From assembly GCA_963733535.1 (NCBI GenBank), contig CAVTDR010000002.1, forward strand, positions 593,678 to 657,677: a DNA stretch of 64,000 nt, written 5' to 3'. Below, one piece after another: positions 48,552 through 59,586 of the stretch; positions within the stretch are counted from its first letter, which is position 1; every line of letters starts with the position of its first letter. The translations under genes were made by a program, and so were the position numbers. The stretch comes from an uncultured Bacteroidota bacterium (GTDB lineage: Bacteria > Bacteroidota > Bacteroidia > Bacteroidales > UBA10428). A model generated the notes under the pieces. It did no database searches and was not told the DNA's origin. It was given only the letters and a program-made list of their open reading frames with translations.

Positions 48552-50738
48552 TTGGTATTTCGATTCAACGTGAAGCGCTTACACAGATTAGTCATTTCGT
48601 CCTTTCTAGGTCCTTTTGTAATGACCTTCTTTATTGTATTGTTTCTCCTTCTTATGCAATTCTTATGGAGAATGATTGATGAGTTGGTGGGCAAGGGACT
48701 ACCTTTTTCCATTATTGGTGAATTTTTAATGTATGCATGTATAGGGCTTGTGCCTCTGGCACTTCCTCTTGCGGTGCTTTTATCAGCGTTGATGACTTTT
48801 GGAAATATGGGAGAATTTTTTGAATTGACTGCCATCAAAGCATCGGGTATTTCTTTGCAACGCATTATGTCGCCTATTATTATCCTCGTTATTTTTATTT
48901 CCATTGGTGCATTTTTCTTTTCGAATAATGTGGTTCCCTATACCAATTCAAAAATGCGCTCACTCCGGTATGATGTTCAGCATTTGCGACCGGAAGTGTC
49001 CATTCAGGAAGGCGTTTTCTTTAAGGGAATCGATAATTACAGCATCCGTGTAAGCAAAAAAGATCCTGTTAGCAATATGCTTTTTGATATCAAAATATAC
49101 GATCATTCCAAATCAAGGGGAAATCTGGATATTACCATTGCTGATTCTGGTGTTATGAAAATGACCACAGACAAGCGAAATATGATTATTACCTTGTGGA
49201 GCGGATACAAATACACTGAAGTTGAGGAGCCACGCCGCAAAAAAGATAAAACACGCCCGCACCAATACATGAAATTCAGGGAAGAAAACATTCTGATATC
49301 GTTATCCGGGTTTGAGTTATCCCGATCTGAAGATAGTAAATTCAGAGGTTCCTATCAAATGATGGATGTAATGCAGCTCAATTATGCCATTGATTCCTTA
49401 AAAAAGACACTGGAAATAAGGAGTCGAAGCTTCAAAGATAACCTGATTCGAAACAGCTTCTTCAAGATGAACCGGTTGGCACAACCTGTTCAGATTGGCC
49501 AAAGCCAATGGATTCGGGACCAGCAATTCATTGACGGCAAAACTGGCGCCAGGGAAAAAGATTCAGCATCTATCAATAGAAATATAAGGGCTGCAGAACA
49601 TAAACTGGCTGCAATGAAATTAGCCGCAAAAAAGGCGGCAAAAATGCCACGGGCTGACCTGGGTCAAAAATCAAATCCTGCAAAAATTGATACCATTAAA
49701 AAACAAGATACCATTGTTGCTCCGGTACTTGCTGTTAAAGTGTTCAATAATTTTGACAGCCTCTTTTATTCTTTTGATCTGGAAAATAAGGAACGATTTC
49801 TGGGCATAGCATCTACAGCTGTTTCATCGAACCAGTACATGGTTTTTGGTAATATTCCTAACATGGATATTGAAACAAGAGTTCTTAGAAGGCATGAAAT
49901 TGAATGGCACAGGAAATTCACCCTGTCACTGGCCTGTCTGATATTTCTCTTTATAGGAGCTCCTTTGGGCGCCATCATTAGAAAAGGAGGTTTGGGATTG
50001 CCTACCGTGATTTCCACCCTCATGTTTATTTTATATTATATTCTCTCGCTTACCGGGCAAAAATTTGTTGAAGAAAGTGTACTGACTTCATTTGAGGGTA
50101 TGTGGTTTTCATCCTTTATCTTAATTATTGCAGGAGTATTTCTTACGTACCAGGCTACCAACGATGCTGCCATACTCAACATTGACACGTATATAAACTG
50201 GATAAGAGAAAAAGCCGGACTAAGAAGAGGTTATGCAATGGAAAAGAAATCACATATTCTGGGACGATTTGAATTGAATGAAATTGAAAGAACCCATCTG
50301 CAGACCGATTTTAAGGCCATGGGAGATATGGCACTGACAACTGCAGATGCAATTAAAAAGGATGCGGGATGGCTGAAACTTACTGCTAAATCTTTTAGAA
50401 ATGAAGGCTATCCGTATCTTATTGAATTTGGTATTCACTATAATGCCTTCCTCGATATGATCATCCTGAGTCAATGGTTTAAAATTCCTTATTTTGAAAA
50501 GCGGATTAGTGAGTTTCCTGCCATCAACGGAAGAATTACGTCGGAAATATTTACGAAAAAATGGCTCAGACTTTTAGCCGTAATAATATTCCCAATCGCT
50601 ATAATCAGGATTATCCATTTGAAGATAAAGATTCGCATTTTGCAGCGAAATATAAAGCAAGTAGCGGATTTGTCCTCAGGCATGATTAATCTTTTAAATA
50701 GTTCAACATATAGAAACGTGGCTGTCCCTTTACAATGA
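48552..50738 (+). CDS. LptF/LptG (YjgP/YjgQ) permease
   Basis: LALPLAVLLSALMTFGN.GE..ELTAIKASGISL, EWHRKF, IGAPLGAIIRKGG. Confidence 0.9.
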   Translation: MVFRFNVKRLHRLVISSFLGPFVMTFFIVLFLLLMQFLWRMIDELVGKGLPFSIIGEFLMYACIGLVPLALPLAVLLSALMTFGNMGEFFELTAIKASGISLQRIMSPIIILVIFISIGAFFFSNNVVPYTNSKMRSLRYDVQHLRPEVSIQEGVFFKGIDNYSIRVSKKDPVSNMLFDIKIYDHSKSRGNLDITIADSGVMKMTTDKRNMIITLWSGYKYTEVEEPRRKKDKTRPHQYMKFREENILISLSGFELSRSEDSKFRGSYQMMDVMQLNYAIDSLKKTLEIRSRSFKDNLIRNSFFKMNRLAQPVQIGQSQWIRDQQFIDGKTGAREKDSASINRNIRAAEHKLAAMKLAAKKAAKMPRADLGQKSNPAKIDTIKKQDTIVAPVLAVKVFNNFDSLFYSFDLENKERFLGIASTAVSSNQYMVFGNIPNMDIETRVLRRHEIEWHRKFTLSLACLIFLFIGAPLGAIIRKGGLGLPTVISTLMFILYYILSLTGQKFVEESVLTSFEGMWFSSFILIIAGVFLTYQATNDAAILNIDTYINWIREKAGLRRGYAMEKKSHILGRFELNEIERTHLQTDFKAMGDMALTTADAIKKDAGWLKLTAKSFRNEGYPYLIEFGIHYNAFLDMIILSQWFKIPYFEKRISEFPAINGRITSEIFTKKWLRLLAVIIFPIAIIRIIHLKIKIRILQRNIKQVADLSSGMINLLNSSTYRNVAVPLQ

Positions 50739-51943
50739 AAATTCTTCAACTGTGCAACAAACCTCCCTATCCACCCAATGACGGCGGTTCCCTCGCCATG
50801 TTCAACCTTTCTCAGGCTTTTAAAAATCTGGGGCATGAAGTTACAGTGCTAACAATGACAACAGACAAACACCGCCTGACTCACGACCAGCTCTGGCAAT
50901 TTAACCAGTTAATGCCGGTACGTGCTGTATATGTGAATACCCATATAACTGGCTGGGGATTGGCTAAGAATTTGCTGTTTTCCCGGATCCCTTTCACTGC
51001 CAGCCGTTTTATATCGGATTCATTTAGCAATGAACTGATTCATTTTTTGCAGACGCAGACATTTGACATTATTCAGCTTGAAGGTGTATACCTTCTGCCT
51101 TATGCAAAAGTGATCCGCGCCTATACGAATGCTAAAATCGTTCTCAGGTCTCATAATATTGAGCATGAAATTTGGAAACGTATTGCAAGCCAGGAAGCCG
51201 ACTTCTTCAAGAAAATTTATTTTGGCATATTGGCCGAACGAATCCGGCTCTTTGAAATCAGGTTACTCAATACATATGATTTGCTGGTTCCAATAACTGA
51301 GAGAGATCTGCATAAGTACAATGAGTTGGGAAACAGAAAACCTGCCAGTGTAAGTCATGCAGGAATTAATGTTTCTGAAAACGACCCGGTAATTCAAACC
51401 CAAAGAGAATTTTCGTTATATTTTCTGGGATCGCTCGACTGGATTCCTAACCAGGAAGGAATCATCTGGTTCATTACAAAAGTATTTCCCATATTGCTCC
51501 GCAAACACCCCTATCTTAAATTTCATATTGCGGGTCGCAATGCGCCTGTTTCACTACTCAGGAAATTCAATCAGCCTGGTATTATTTATCATGGCGAAGT
51601 TCCTGATTCTCGCCAATTTGGGTCGGAACATAGTGTGCTTGTTGCTCCCTGTTTTGCCGGAGGTGGTATGCGCGTTAAAATTATTGAAGCCATGTCACTT
51701 GGTAAAGCTGTAATCACTACAACTACCGGAGCAGAAGGTATTTCAGTGACTCACAACCGGAATATCCTCATTGCCAATACGAAAACAGAATTTGCCGGAT
51801 GTATCGAAGCCATGCTGAAGTATCCCCATGTAGGCCGTCAAATTGGAAAGAATGCTTTGGTATTTGTAAATAAGAATTACAATATTTATAATATTGCGCG
51901 ATCACTGGCTGACTTTTTCCAACAAAACCTTTCTACAAATTGA
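50735..51943 (+). CDS. GT4 glycosyltransferase
   Basis: PYPPNDGG, HNIEH, GSLDW.PN.EG, GGGMRVKIIEAM. Confidence 0.9.
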   Translation: MKILQLCNKPPYPPNDGGSLAMFNLSQAFKNLGHEVTVLTMTTDKHRLTHDQLWQFNQLMPVRAVYVNTHITGWGLAKNLLFSRIPFTASRFISDSFSNELIHFLQTQTFDIIQLEGVYLLPYAKVIRAYTNAKIVLRSHNIEHEIWKRIASQEADFFKKIYFGILAERIRLFEIRLLNTYDLLVPITERDLHKYNELGNRKPASVSHAGINVSENDPVIQTQREFSLYFLGSLDWIPNQEGIIWFITKVFPILLRKHPYLKFHIAGRNAPVSLLRKFNQPGIIYHGEVPDSRQFGSEHSVLVAPCFAGGGMRVKIIEAMSLGKAVITTTTGAEGISVTHNRNILIANTKTEFAGCIEAMLKYPHVGRQIGKNALVFVNKNYNIYNIARSLADFFQQNLSTN

Positions 51944-53115
51944 TCTGGACTTTTTGGATATTACTCGGAATTGTTTTTTATACGTACATCGGATATACGT
52001 TGGTATTATTGGTTTTTACACTTTTTAAAAAATTATTAGCGCTCCCGACACCCAAACCTACACAGCAGGATCATTTTGAACCTTCAGTAACCCTGATTAT
52101 CCCTGCTTATAATGAAGAACAATTTGTCAGGCAGAAAATCCAAAATACGTCTGAACTGGACTATCCTTCGGAAAAACTTAAAATTATTTGGATAACAGAT
52201 GGTTCAACAGATAACACCCTTACATTACTTAAAGATATTCCCGAAGTTTTAATATTGCATGAAGAAGAACGCAAGGGCAAGGTACATGCCATGAACCGTG
52301 CCATGAAAATGGCGGTCACCCCTATTACTGTTTTCACCGATGCCAACACCATGTTAAACAGGGGGGCTATTCGGGCAATTGTACGGCCTTTTTCCAGTAT
52401 TAAAACGGGTTGTGTAACAGGGGAAAAAAGAATCGCAGGATATGAAAAACAGGAGGCAGCAGGAGCTGGAGAAGGACTATATTGGAAATATGAATCTTTT
52501 ATAAAGCGACTGGAATCAGAAACAGGTTCTGTAGTTGGCGCGGTAGGGGAAATTTTTGCTGTACGTACGCACCTATATGAAGCAATTAAAGCAGATACCC
52601 TGTTGGATGATTTTACCATTTCACTTCAGATGATTCAGAAGGGATTCCAGACAAAATATGCACCTGAAGCCTGGGGAGTAGAAACAGCTTCTTTATCGGT
52701 TGCTGAAGAAATAAAAAGAAAAATCAGAATTGCAGCAGGCGGTATGCAGTCTCTTGTTCGAATGATCAATTTATTGAACCCTTTTCGTTGGAGAATGATC
52801 GCATTCAAATACTTTTCCCATAAAGTGCTACGATGGACTCTTGTTCCGTTTTCATTTCCTTTGGTGTTTTTATTGAATCTTTTTATTCTGTTTACTTCTG
52901 AGAATAATATACTATATGAGACCATTTTTACGGTACAATGTATTTTTTATGGCTTGGTTGGTTTAGGCCATATTTTTGAGCATAAAAAAATCAGGGCTGG
53001 TTTCTTATTTGCACCTTATTACATTTTTATAATGAATGTGGCCATATTGCGGGGCGTATGGCAGTTTATTACAGGAAATTATTCTGTGAACTGGCAAAAA
53101 GCAAAGCGTACCTGA
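51940..53115 (+). CDS. GT2 glycosyltransferase (PgaC/IcaA-like)
   Basis: [32 protein letters not shown]-terminal TMs. Confidence 0.88.
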   Translation: MIWTFWILLGIVFYTYIGYTLVLLVFTLFKKLLALPTPKPTQQDHFEPSVTLIIPAYNEEQFVRQKIQNTSELDYPSEKLKIIWITDGSTDNTLTLLKDIPEVLILHEEERKGKVHAMNRAMKMAVTPITVFTDANTMLNRGAIRAIVRPFSSIKTGCVTGEKRIAGYEKQEAAGAGEGLYWKYESFIKRLESETGSVVGAVGEIFAVRTHLYEAIKADTLLDDFTISLQMIQKGFQTKYAPEAWGVETASLSVAEEIKRKIRIAAGGMQSLVRMINLLNPFRWRMIAFKYFSHKVLRWTLVPFSFPLVFLLNLFILFTSENNILYETIFTVQCIFYGLVGLGHIFEHKKIRAGFLFAPYYIFIMNVAILRGVWQFITGNYSVNWQKAKRT

Positions 53116-53215
53116 CGAAATTCATTGGATATGTCCCGGTATTTTAATTGATTCGTTTTCTCTTCTTTTATTTACAAATTGTACCTTTGCACGATTATAT
53201 ATTTCAAGCAAGATT

Positions 53216-54484
53216 ATGCCAGACAAAGCCATGAACAACATGTTGATTGAGCTGAATACCATTAAGGAAGCAGTAGCTGATATCAAAGCGGGTAAGGTGA
53301 TTATTGTGGTAGACAATGAAGATCGTGAAAACGAAGGCGATTTTATATGCTCAGCTGAACTCATTACACCTGAAATAGTAAATTTCATGGCGACATACGG
53401 ACGCGGCTTAATTTGTGCTCCGATCCCTGAAAAAAGGTGTGAACAACTCGAGTTGGAATTGATGGTTCACAGCAACACCTCACTGCACAGCACTCCTTTT
53501 ACAGTGAGTGTAGATTTGCTAGGTAACGGATGTACTACCGGGATCTCAGCCAATGACCGGGCAAGAACAATTCGTTCCCTGGTTGATCCGCAAACCAAGC
53601 CAGAGGACCTTGGAAGGCCGGGGCATATTTTTCCTCTCAAGGCAAAAACAAAAGGTGTCCTCCGACGCCCGGGGCATACAGAAGCTGCTGTTGATCTCTC
53701 AAGGCTGGCAGGTTTAAAACCAGGCGGTGTTTTGGTTGAGATTATGAATGAAGACGGAAGCATGGCCCGTTTGCCGGAATTGATTGAAATTGCAAAAAAG
53801 CATCACCTGAAGATTATTACCATTAAATCGCTTATTGCGTATTTGCTGGAACAGGAAAGCATTATTATTAAAGGCGAGAAAGCCAAGCTGCCTACAAAAT
53901 ACGGAACATTTGCTGTAGTTCCTTTTATTCAAAAATCGAATCGTATGGAGCACCTGGCTTTGATTAAGGGTACATGGACCCAGAATGATCCTGTCCTGGT
54001 GCGTGTACATTCATCCTGTATGACCGGCGATATTTTTGGCTCATACCGCTGTGATTGTGGCTCTCAGCTGCATGCTGCCATGAAAATGATAGAAAAAGCC
54101 GGACAGGGAGTTATTGTATATCTGAATCAGGAAGGTCGCGGAATTGGATTATTCAATAAAATAAAAGCCTACACACTGCAGGAAAAAGGACGTGACACTG
54201 TAGAAGCGAACCTCGATCTGGGATTCGAAGAAGATGAACGTGATTATGGAGTAGGAGCCAGTATTCTGCATGAACTAGGTCTTGGAAAAATAAAGCTTAT
54301 TACAAATAACCCAGTAAAACGCGCAGGATTAGAAGGATATGGGATTACTGTTGTTGAAAATGTTCCCCTCAACATACCCCCAAATGAACACAATCACTTC
54401 TATCTTAAGACCAAAAAAAATAAAATGGGACATTTTCTGGATCTTTTGGAGGATAAAGATTTTAAGATCGATAACGGAAATTAG
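53216..54484 (+). CDS. ribBA: Bifunctional DHBP synthase / GTP cyclohydrolase II
   Basis: [48 protein letters not shown]. Confidence 0.96.
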   Translation: MPDKAMNNMLIELNTIKEAVADIKAGKVIIVVDNEDRENEGDFICSAELITPEIVNFMATYGRGLICAPIPEKRCEQLELELMVHSNTSLHSTPFTVSVDLLGNGCTTGISANDRARTIRSLVDPQTKPEDLGRPGHIFPLKAKTKGVLRRPGHTEAAVDLSRLAGLKPGGVLVEIMNEDGSMARLPELIEIAKKHHLKIITIKSLIAYLLEQESIIIKGEKAKLPTKYGTFAVVPFIQKSNRMEHLALIKGTWTQNDPVLVRVHSSCMTGDIFGSYRCDCGSQLHAAMKMIEKAGQGVIVYLNQEGRGIGLFNKIKAYTLQEKGRDTVEANLDLGFEEDERDYGVGASILHELGLGKIKLITNNPVKRAGLEGYGITVVENVPLNIPPNEHNHFYLKTKKNKMGHFLDLLEDKDFKIDNGN

Positions 54485-54493
54485 TTTCTGATT

Positions 54494-55456
54494 ATGCAAA
54501 AACCCACGATCGTTTTTATGGGCACCCCCGAATTTGCCGTTGCCTCACTTGATGCAATTGTGAATGCCGGGTATCCGGTAAAAGCGGTTATTACTGCTCC
54601 TGACAAGCCTTCAGGCAGGGGCTTGCAGTTGCATGCTTCTCCGGTAAAAGAATATGCCATCACCCATGAAATTCCGGTATTGCAGCCATTAAAACTGAAG
54701 GATGCTGATTTTCTTAAAACATTGCATGATCTGCATGCCGATTTGCAGGTAATAGTTGCATTTCGTATGCTTCCCGAAGAAGTATGGAATATGCCCCCAT
54801 TAGGAACGTTTAACCTTCACGCATCTTTGTTGCCGCAATACCGGGGAGCCGCTCCAATACACTGGGCCATTATTAACGGAGAAAAAAGTACAGGTGCCAC
54901 CACGTTCTTTCTGAATCATGAAATTGATAAGGGATCTGTTATTTATAAAAAAGAAATTTCCATTGGTGAAAACGACACCGCCGGAGATATTCATGATGTT
55001 TTAATGAATTTGGGTGCCGGCCTTGTTGTTCAAACGATCAGAGATATTGCTGAAAACAAGGTTGTACCTGTGGAACAAAATAAAATGGAACATACAGGCC
55101 CATTGCATTCGGCGCCGAAAATTTTCAAACATGATTGCAGAATCAACTGGTCGTATCAAACGCAGCAGATTCACAATCTCATACGCGGACTAAGTCCCTA
55201 CCCTGCTGCATGGTCTGAAATTAAAAGTGCTTCAGGCGCTCCAATGACTGTAAAAATATTTATGGGATATATGATACTGCAAAAACCCAATGTCCCACCC
55301 GGAACCATTAAATCAGATGGAAAACAATTTCTGCATGTGGCTACTTCAGATGGATATTACCGGATTGACAAAATTCAACTACAAGGCAAAAAACAATTGG
55401 GTATTGCTGATTTTCTCAGAGGCTTTCCGGAGATCGACCAATACCGGTTCATCTAA
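54494..55456 (+). CDS. fmt: Methionyl-tRNA formyltransferase
   Basis: FMGTPEFA, NLHASLLPQYRGAAPI, RGLSPYP. Confidence 0.96.
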   Translation: MQKPTIVFMGTPEFAVASLDAIVNAGYPVKAVITAPDKPSGRGLQLHASPVKEYAITHEIPVLQPLKLKDADFLKTLHDLHADLQVIVAFRMLPEEVWNMPPLGTFNLHASLLPQYRGAAPIHWAIINGEKSTGATTFFLNHEIDKGSVIYKKEISIGENDTAGDIHDVLMNLGAGLVVQTIRDIAENKVVPVEQNKMEHTGPLHSAPKIFKHDCRINWSYQTQQIHNLIRGLSPYPAAWSEIKSASGAPMTVKIFMGYMILQKPNVPPGTIKSDGKQFLHVATSDGYYRIDKIQLQGKKQLGIADFLRGFPEIDQYRFI

Positions 55457-55464
55457 CACCCGGC

Positions 55465-56484
55465 TTATTCGAGATTCATTTCAATCCGGATTTCTTCTTC
55501 TTCCTCAACAGATTCTTTAGGCAAACTCAAAACTTTTCGCGTATCTTTCTTTGCGGCTTTTCTTAGCTGTAGAATAGTGCCCACAGAAGGACGGACGCCC
55601 GGACTCAAATTATTGAGTGAATAAAGAACCGAAAGCTTTATAGCATACATCTGTGAGATGGTATACATAGTTTCACCTTCTTTTACAACATGTGTGTTTT
55701 TTCCAGTTTCTGCACGTGATCGTTTGGGTTGAATATAGATAATCTGTCCTTCGGCGATAGAATCCATTTTTTTTATATCATTATACTCCGGAATTTCCCA
55801 GGGAAGCTTATCAAGTTCTTCGGTAATGGACGTATAGGTATCGCCTTTTTTTGCAAGGACATATTTTACCCGGTTCCGTTCCAGAATATCATGTTTCAGA
55901 CCCGTCTCATTTTTTGTGCCTGTTGGAGTTTTTTCTGTCTTTCGATCGTGGTTCCGCTTTACCGTAGCCTCCATACGGTCGTAAATAAAGAGATTATGTT
56001 CTTCAATGATTTTAATAAGCGCTTCGGCGTATGTTGGACTTGTGGCGTAGCCTGCCTTTTTTAATCCCCTTGCCCATCCCTTATAATCTGTAAGTTTTAG
56101 TTCGAATAAAAAGGCATATCGGGTTTTGCTTTTGAGATAATCAGAATGGTCGCGAAAAGATTCTTCAACGGAACCATATTTTCGGAAACACTCATTTTTG
56201 GCATCATCATCTTCAAAAATACGTTTTCCATTCCAGTCGTTATGGCATTTGATCCCGAAATGGTTATTGCCTTCTCTGGCCAGTCGACTGTTGCCATCTC
56301 CGCTTTCCAATGCTGCCTGTGCCAATGTTATACTGGCAGGAACACCTGAACGGTTCATTTCTTTAATCGCAATTTCCTTGTAGGTTTCGAAATACACAGG
56401 ACGTGTCATTCTTCCGGAATGCTGTGTAAAAGATAACCCTATCAAAGAAAATATGCCCAACCCAAAATAGACCCATCGTCTCAT
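55465..56484 (-). CDS. GH73 glucosaminidase with LysM domains
   Basis: PASITLAQAALESG, NNHFGIKC, AGYATSP.Y, LysM HVVKEGETMY.IS. Confidence 0.92.
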   Translation of the reverse strand: MRRWVYFGLGIFSLIGLSFTQHSGRMTRPVYFETYKEIAIKEMNRSGVPASITLAQAALESGDGNSRLAREGNNHFGIKCHNDWNGKRIFEDDDAKNECFRKYGSVEESFRDHSDYLKSKTRYAFLFELKLTDYKGWARGLKKAGYATSPTYAEALIKIIEEHNLFIYDRMEATVKRNHDRKTEKTPTGTKNETGLKHDILERNRVKYVLAKKGDTYTSITEELDKLPWEIPEYNDIKKMDSIAEGQIIYIQPKRSRAETGKNTHVVKEGETMYTISQMYAIKLSVLYSLNNLSPGVRPSVGTILQLRKAAKKDTRKVLSLPKESVEEEEEIRIEMNLE

Positions 56485-56658
56485 GAAAAATATTTTCTGC
56501 AAAAGTAACGAGGGAATGCAATCACATGTTGTTCATTAACCGAAAGGTTTTCAACAATATTGCCATCACGCAATTTTTTTTAAATAACCGATAGGGTAAA
56601 ACTATCGAACAAGGTCTTAAATATGCATACAGTTTTAACAGGGATTAGCAGATTAGTC

Positions 56659-56694
56659 AGGGGGATGTCTCAAATGGGGCATCCCCTCTTTTTT
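56659..56694. terminator. Intrinsic terminator hairpin at the arcC 3' end
   Basis: GGGGATGTCTC-AAATG-GGGCATCCCC flanked by a T tract. Confidence 0.6.
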
Positions 56695-57640
56695 AATGCA
56701 TGGTAATCCGGCTTCCGTATTTTTTATTTTCGAGTTTGGTGGCTTCAGTAATGACACTTTTACTCCCTCCATGTTCAATAAAATAAAGGGCTGCTTCCAT
56801 TTTCGGAGCCATGCTTCCTTCACCGAACATACCCATTTTCAGATATTTCCGGGCCTCATCCCTCGTTATAAACTCGGCAATTTGCTGATTCGGCTGTTTA
56901 TAATTCAGATACACATAAGCTACATCGGTGAGAATATAGAATTCATCTGCACCAATGGTAACAGCAAGATGCGCAGATGCCATATCCTTATCAATTACCG
57001 CTTCAACAGGCCGGTAATTTCCTTTTGCATCCACATAAACGGGGATGCCTCCTCCGCCTGCAGCCAGCACAATGTTTTCGGAAAGCACAAGACTCTTAAT
57101 AATATCGTGGTTTAGTATTTCAACAGGATCTGGAGAAGCAACCACACGGCGCAGGCCTCCATCTGATTTCTTCTCTTCCTTAAAAATCCAGCCCTTTTCA
57201 AGGTGTAACTTTTCCGCCATTTCCGGCGAATAACTTCGGCCCACCCTCTTAACGATGTTCTTAAACGACTTGTGTTTTTTATCAACTACTACCTGAGAAA
57301 TCAGGCTGATTACATTTTTCCGAATGCCGTGTTTGTTCAACACATTTCTCAGTATGCGTTCTATCATATATCCGATTTCCCCCTGTGTTCCGGCCACACA
57401 AATATCCAAGGGCATTTGTGGTATTCCATACACCTGTTCACCCGCATCATTCCGCTGAAGAAGGTCGCCCACCTGCGGACCGTTACCATGTGTAATTACC
57501 AGTTCATATCCCTCGCGCAGCAAAAAAACAAGATTCTCCAGGGTTTTGAAAGTATTCTTTTCCTGTTCTTCAATAGTTCCTTTTTGATTGTCGCGTTGCA
57601 GCGCATTACCGCCCAAAGCAACCACTGCCAGTTTTTTCAT
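56693..57640 (-). CDS. arcC: Carbamate kinase
   Basis: VALGGNAL, ITHGNGPQVG, RRVVASP.P, GGGGIPV, EAVIDKD, GSMAPK. Confidence 0.95.
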   Translation of the reverse strand: MKKLAVVALGGNALQRDNQKGTIEEQEKNTFKTLENLVFLLREGYELVITHGNGPQVGDLLQRNDAGEQVYGIPQMPLDICVAGTQGEIGYMIERILRNVLNKHGIRKNVISLISQVVVDKKHKSFKNIVKRVGRSYSPEMAEKLHLEKGWIFKEEKKSDGGLRRVVASPDPVEILNHDIIKSLVLSENIVLAAGGGGIPVYVDAKGNYRPVEAVIDKDMASAHLAVTIGADEFYILTDVAYVYLNYKQPNQQIAEFITRDEARKYLKMGMFGEGSMAPKMEAALYFIEHGGSKSVITEATKLENKKYGSRITMH

Positions 57641-57765
57641 AAAACGAGATTAAAAGTATTAAAAGGTAGTGCATCTGCTCTTCTTAAAAAATGATAATGA
57701 TCCATATTATAGGTTTACAAAATATGCTCAATATCGTTATATTTGAATCGCATTAAAAGCAAAAC

Positions 57766-59565
57766 ATGGAGTTACAAAGAACATTTGATATTCTCGACAA
57801 TATTGCTAAGTTATGCCCGGATAAGGATGACATACTGGCCAGTAAGGAAAAAGGTGTATGGCTCAAATATACGGTAAAAGACTATTTACAACTTGTTGAG
57901 CTTACCAGTTATGGTCTGATGTCAATGGGCCTTATTAAGGGCGATTTGGTAGTAACCATCTCTAACAACCGACCTGAATGGAATATTATGGATATGGCAA
58001 TGAGCCAGGCAGGTATTATTCATGTTCCCGTTTATCCTACTATCAGTGAAGATGATTACGCCTATATCCTTGCAAATTGCCAACCTAAGCTGGTGGTGGT
58101 TTCCGACCGGTCTCTGCACGATAAAATAAAACCCATTGCAGATAAAATCTCCAGCATCCGTTACGTTTTCAGCTATAATGAAGTGGAAGGTATACGCAAC
58201 TGGAAGGAAATTCTTGAAACAGGCAGACAGCATACCGAAAAATATGCTTCAAGCCTTGCAAAAATTAAAAGTAGTATTGCTCCCGAGGATATCGTAACTC
58301 TTATATATACTTCAGGGACCACAGGAAATCCAAAAGGGGTTATGCTTTCTCACAGGAATATCATGGGAAATGTATATTCTATATCTCAGACGTATGAGTT
58401 TAATCCCTCTCACAGAACCTTGAGCTTCCTGCCAATCAGCCATGTTTTTGAACGAACCATCAACTATTATTTTCAAAGCGTGGGTGTTAGCATTTACTAT
58501 GCTGAAAATCTGGGTACCATAGCAGACAATCTGCGTGAAGTAAAACCCCATGTTTTCATCAGCGTTCCAAGATTGCTCGAACGTACTTATGATAAAATTA
58601 TTGGAAAGGGAAGAGCGCTTTCCGGAATCAAAAAACAAATCTTTTTCTGGGCGGTTAATCTGGGAATGAAGTATAAAATTCCTGATACTAATAGTCGCCT
58701 TTATAAAATTTTGCTTTCTGTTGCAGATAAGCTTGTTTTTTCAAAGTGGCGCGAAGCGTTGGGTGGCAACGTTCAGTTAATTGTTGTAGGTGGCGCTGCA
58801 TTGCAACCCCGGCTATGTATTATTTTTAATGCTGCCGGAATTCCTGTAGCCGAAGGATATGGAATGACTGAATCTTCACCGGTTATTGCTGCTAATCGGA
58901 CACCTTCAACAGGTGACATCAGGGTTGGCACAGTAGGACCTCCTGTAGCGGGAGTCACCGTAAAAATCGCGGACGATGGAGAAATTTTGTGCAAAGGATC
59001 CAACGTTATGGCCGGATACTATCTGGAACCCGACCTTACGCGTGAAGTTATTGATGAAGAAGGCTGGCTGCATACCGGAGATATTGGCATACTCGTTGAA
59101 GGCCGGTTTCTGAAAATTACCGACCGCAAAAAAGAAATGTTTAAATTATCGAGCGGTAAATATGTGGCTCCTCAGGTTATAGAAAACAAACTCAAAGAAT
59201 CGAATTTCATTGAACAGGTTATGGTAATTGGCGAAAATCAAAAATTCGCCAGTGCCATCATTTCTCCCGATTTTAATTATCTCCATAATTGGGCCGTTCT
59301 GCATAGTATTGAATTCCGTGATAATGCAGAACTTGTTGAAATGCCCCAGGTTTTGGCACGTTATCAGCGCGTGGTGAATGAGATGAATAAACAATTGGGA
59401 CAAACCGAGCAAATTAAGCGTTTCCGACTTGTTCAGGAAGAATGGTCGCCCAATACAGGAGAACTCTCTCCTACCCTTAAATTAAAACGTAAATTTCTGA
59501 CCAACCGTTATTCCAACATTATTGAGGAGATTTTTTCGGTTCAAAAAGGAGATATTGGAGATTAA
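57766..59565 (+). CDS. Long-chain fatty acid-CoA ligase
   Basis: IYTSGTTGNPKGVML, EGYGMTE, WLHTGDIG, ITDRKK, GELSPTLKLKR. Confidence 0.93.
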   Translation: MELQRTFDILDNIAKLCPDKDDILASKEKGVWLKYTVKDYLQLVELTSYGLMSMGLIKGDLVVTISNNRPEWNIMDMAMSQAGIIHVPVYPTISEDDYAYILANCQPKLVVVSDRSLHDKIKPIADKISSIRYVFSYNEVEGIRNWKEILETGRQHTEKYASSLAKIKSSIAPEDIVTLIYTSGTTGNPKGVMLSHRNIMGNVYSISQTYEFNPSHRTLSFLPISHVFERTINYYFQSVGVSIYYAENLGTIADNLREVKPHVFISVPRLLERTYDKIIGKGRALSGIKKQIFFWAVNLGMKYKIPDTNSRLYKILLSVADKLVFSKWREALGGNVQLIVVGGAALQPRLCIIFNAAGIPVAEGYGMTESSPVIAANRTPSTGDIRVGTVGPPVAGVTVKIADDGEILCKGSNVMAGYYLEPDLTREVIDEEGWLHTGDIGILVEGRFLKITDRKKEMFKLSSGKYVAPQVIENKLKESNFIEQVMVIGENQKFASAIISPDFNYLHNWAVLHSIEFRDNAELVEMPQVLARYQRVVNEMNKQLGQTEQIKRFRLVQEEWSPNTGELSPTLKLKRKFLTNRYSNIIEEIFSVQKGDIGD

Positions 59566-59586
59566 TGGTTTTCAACTTAAGATACT

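Noticed and set aside
53116-53215. FMN riboswitch before ribBA
   Set aside because: The gap is too short and holds only a TACCTTTG promoter motif.
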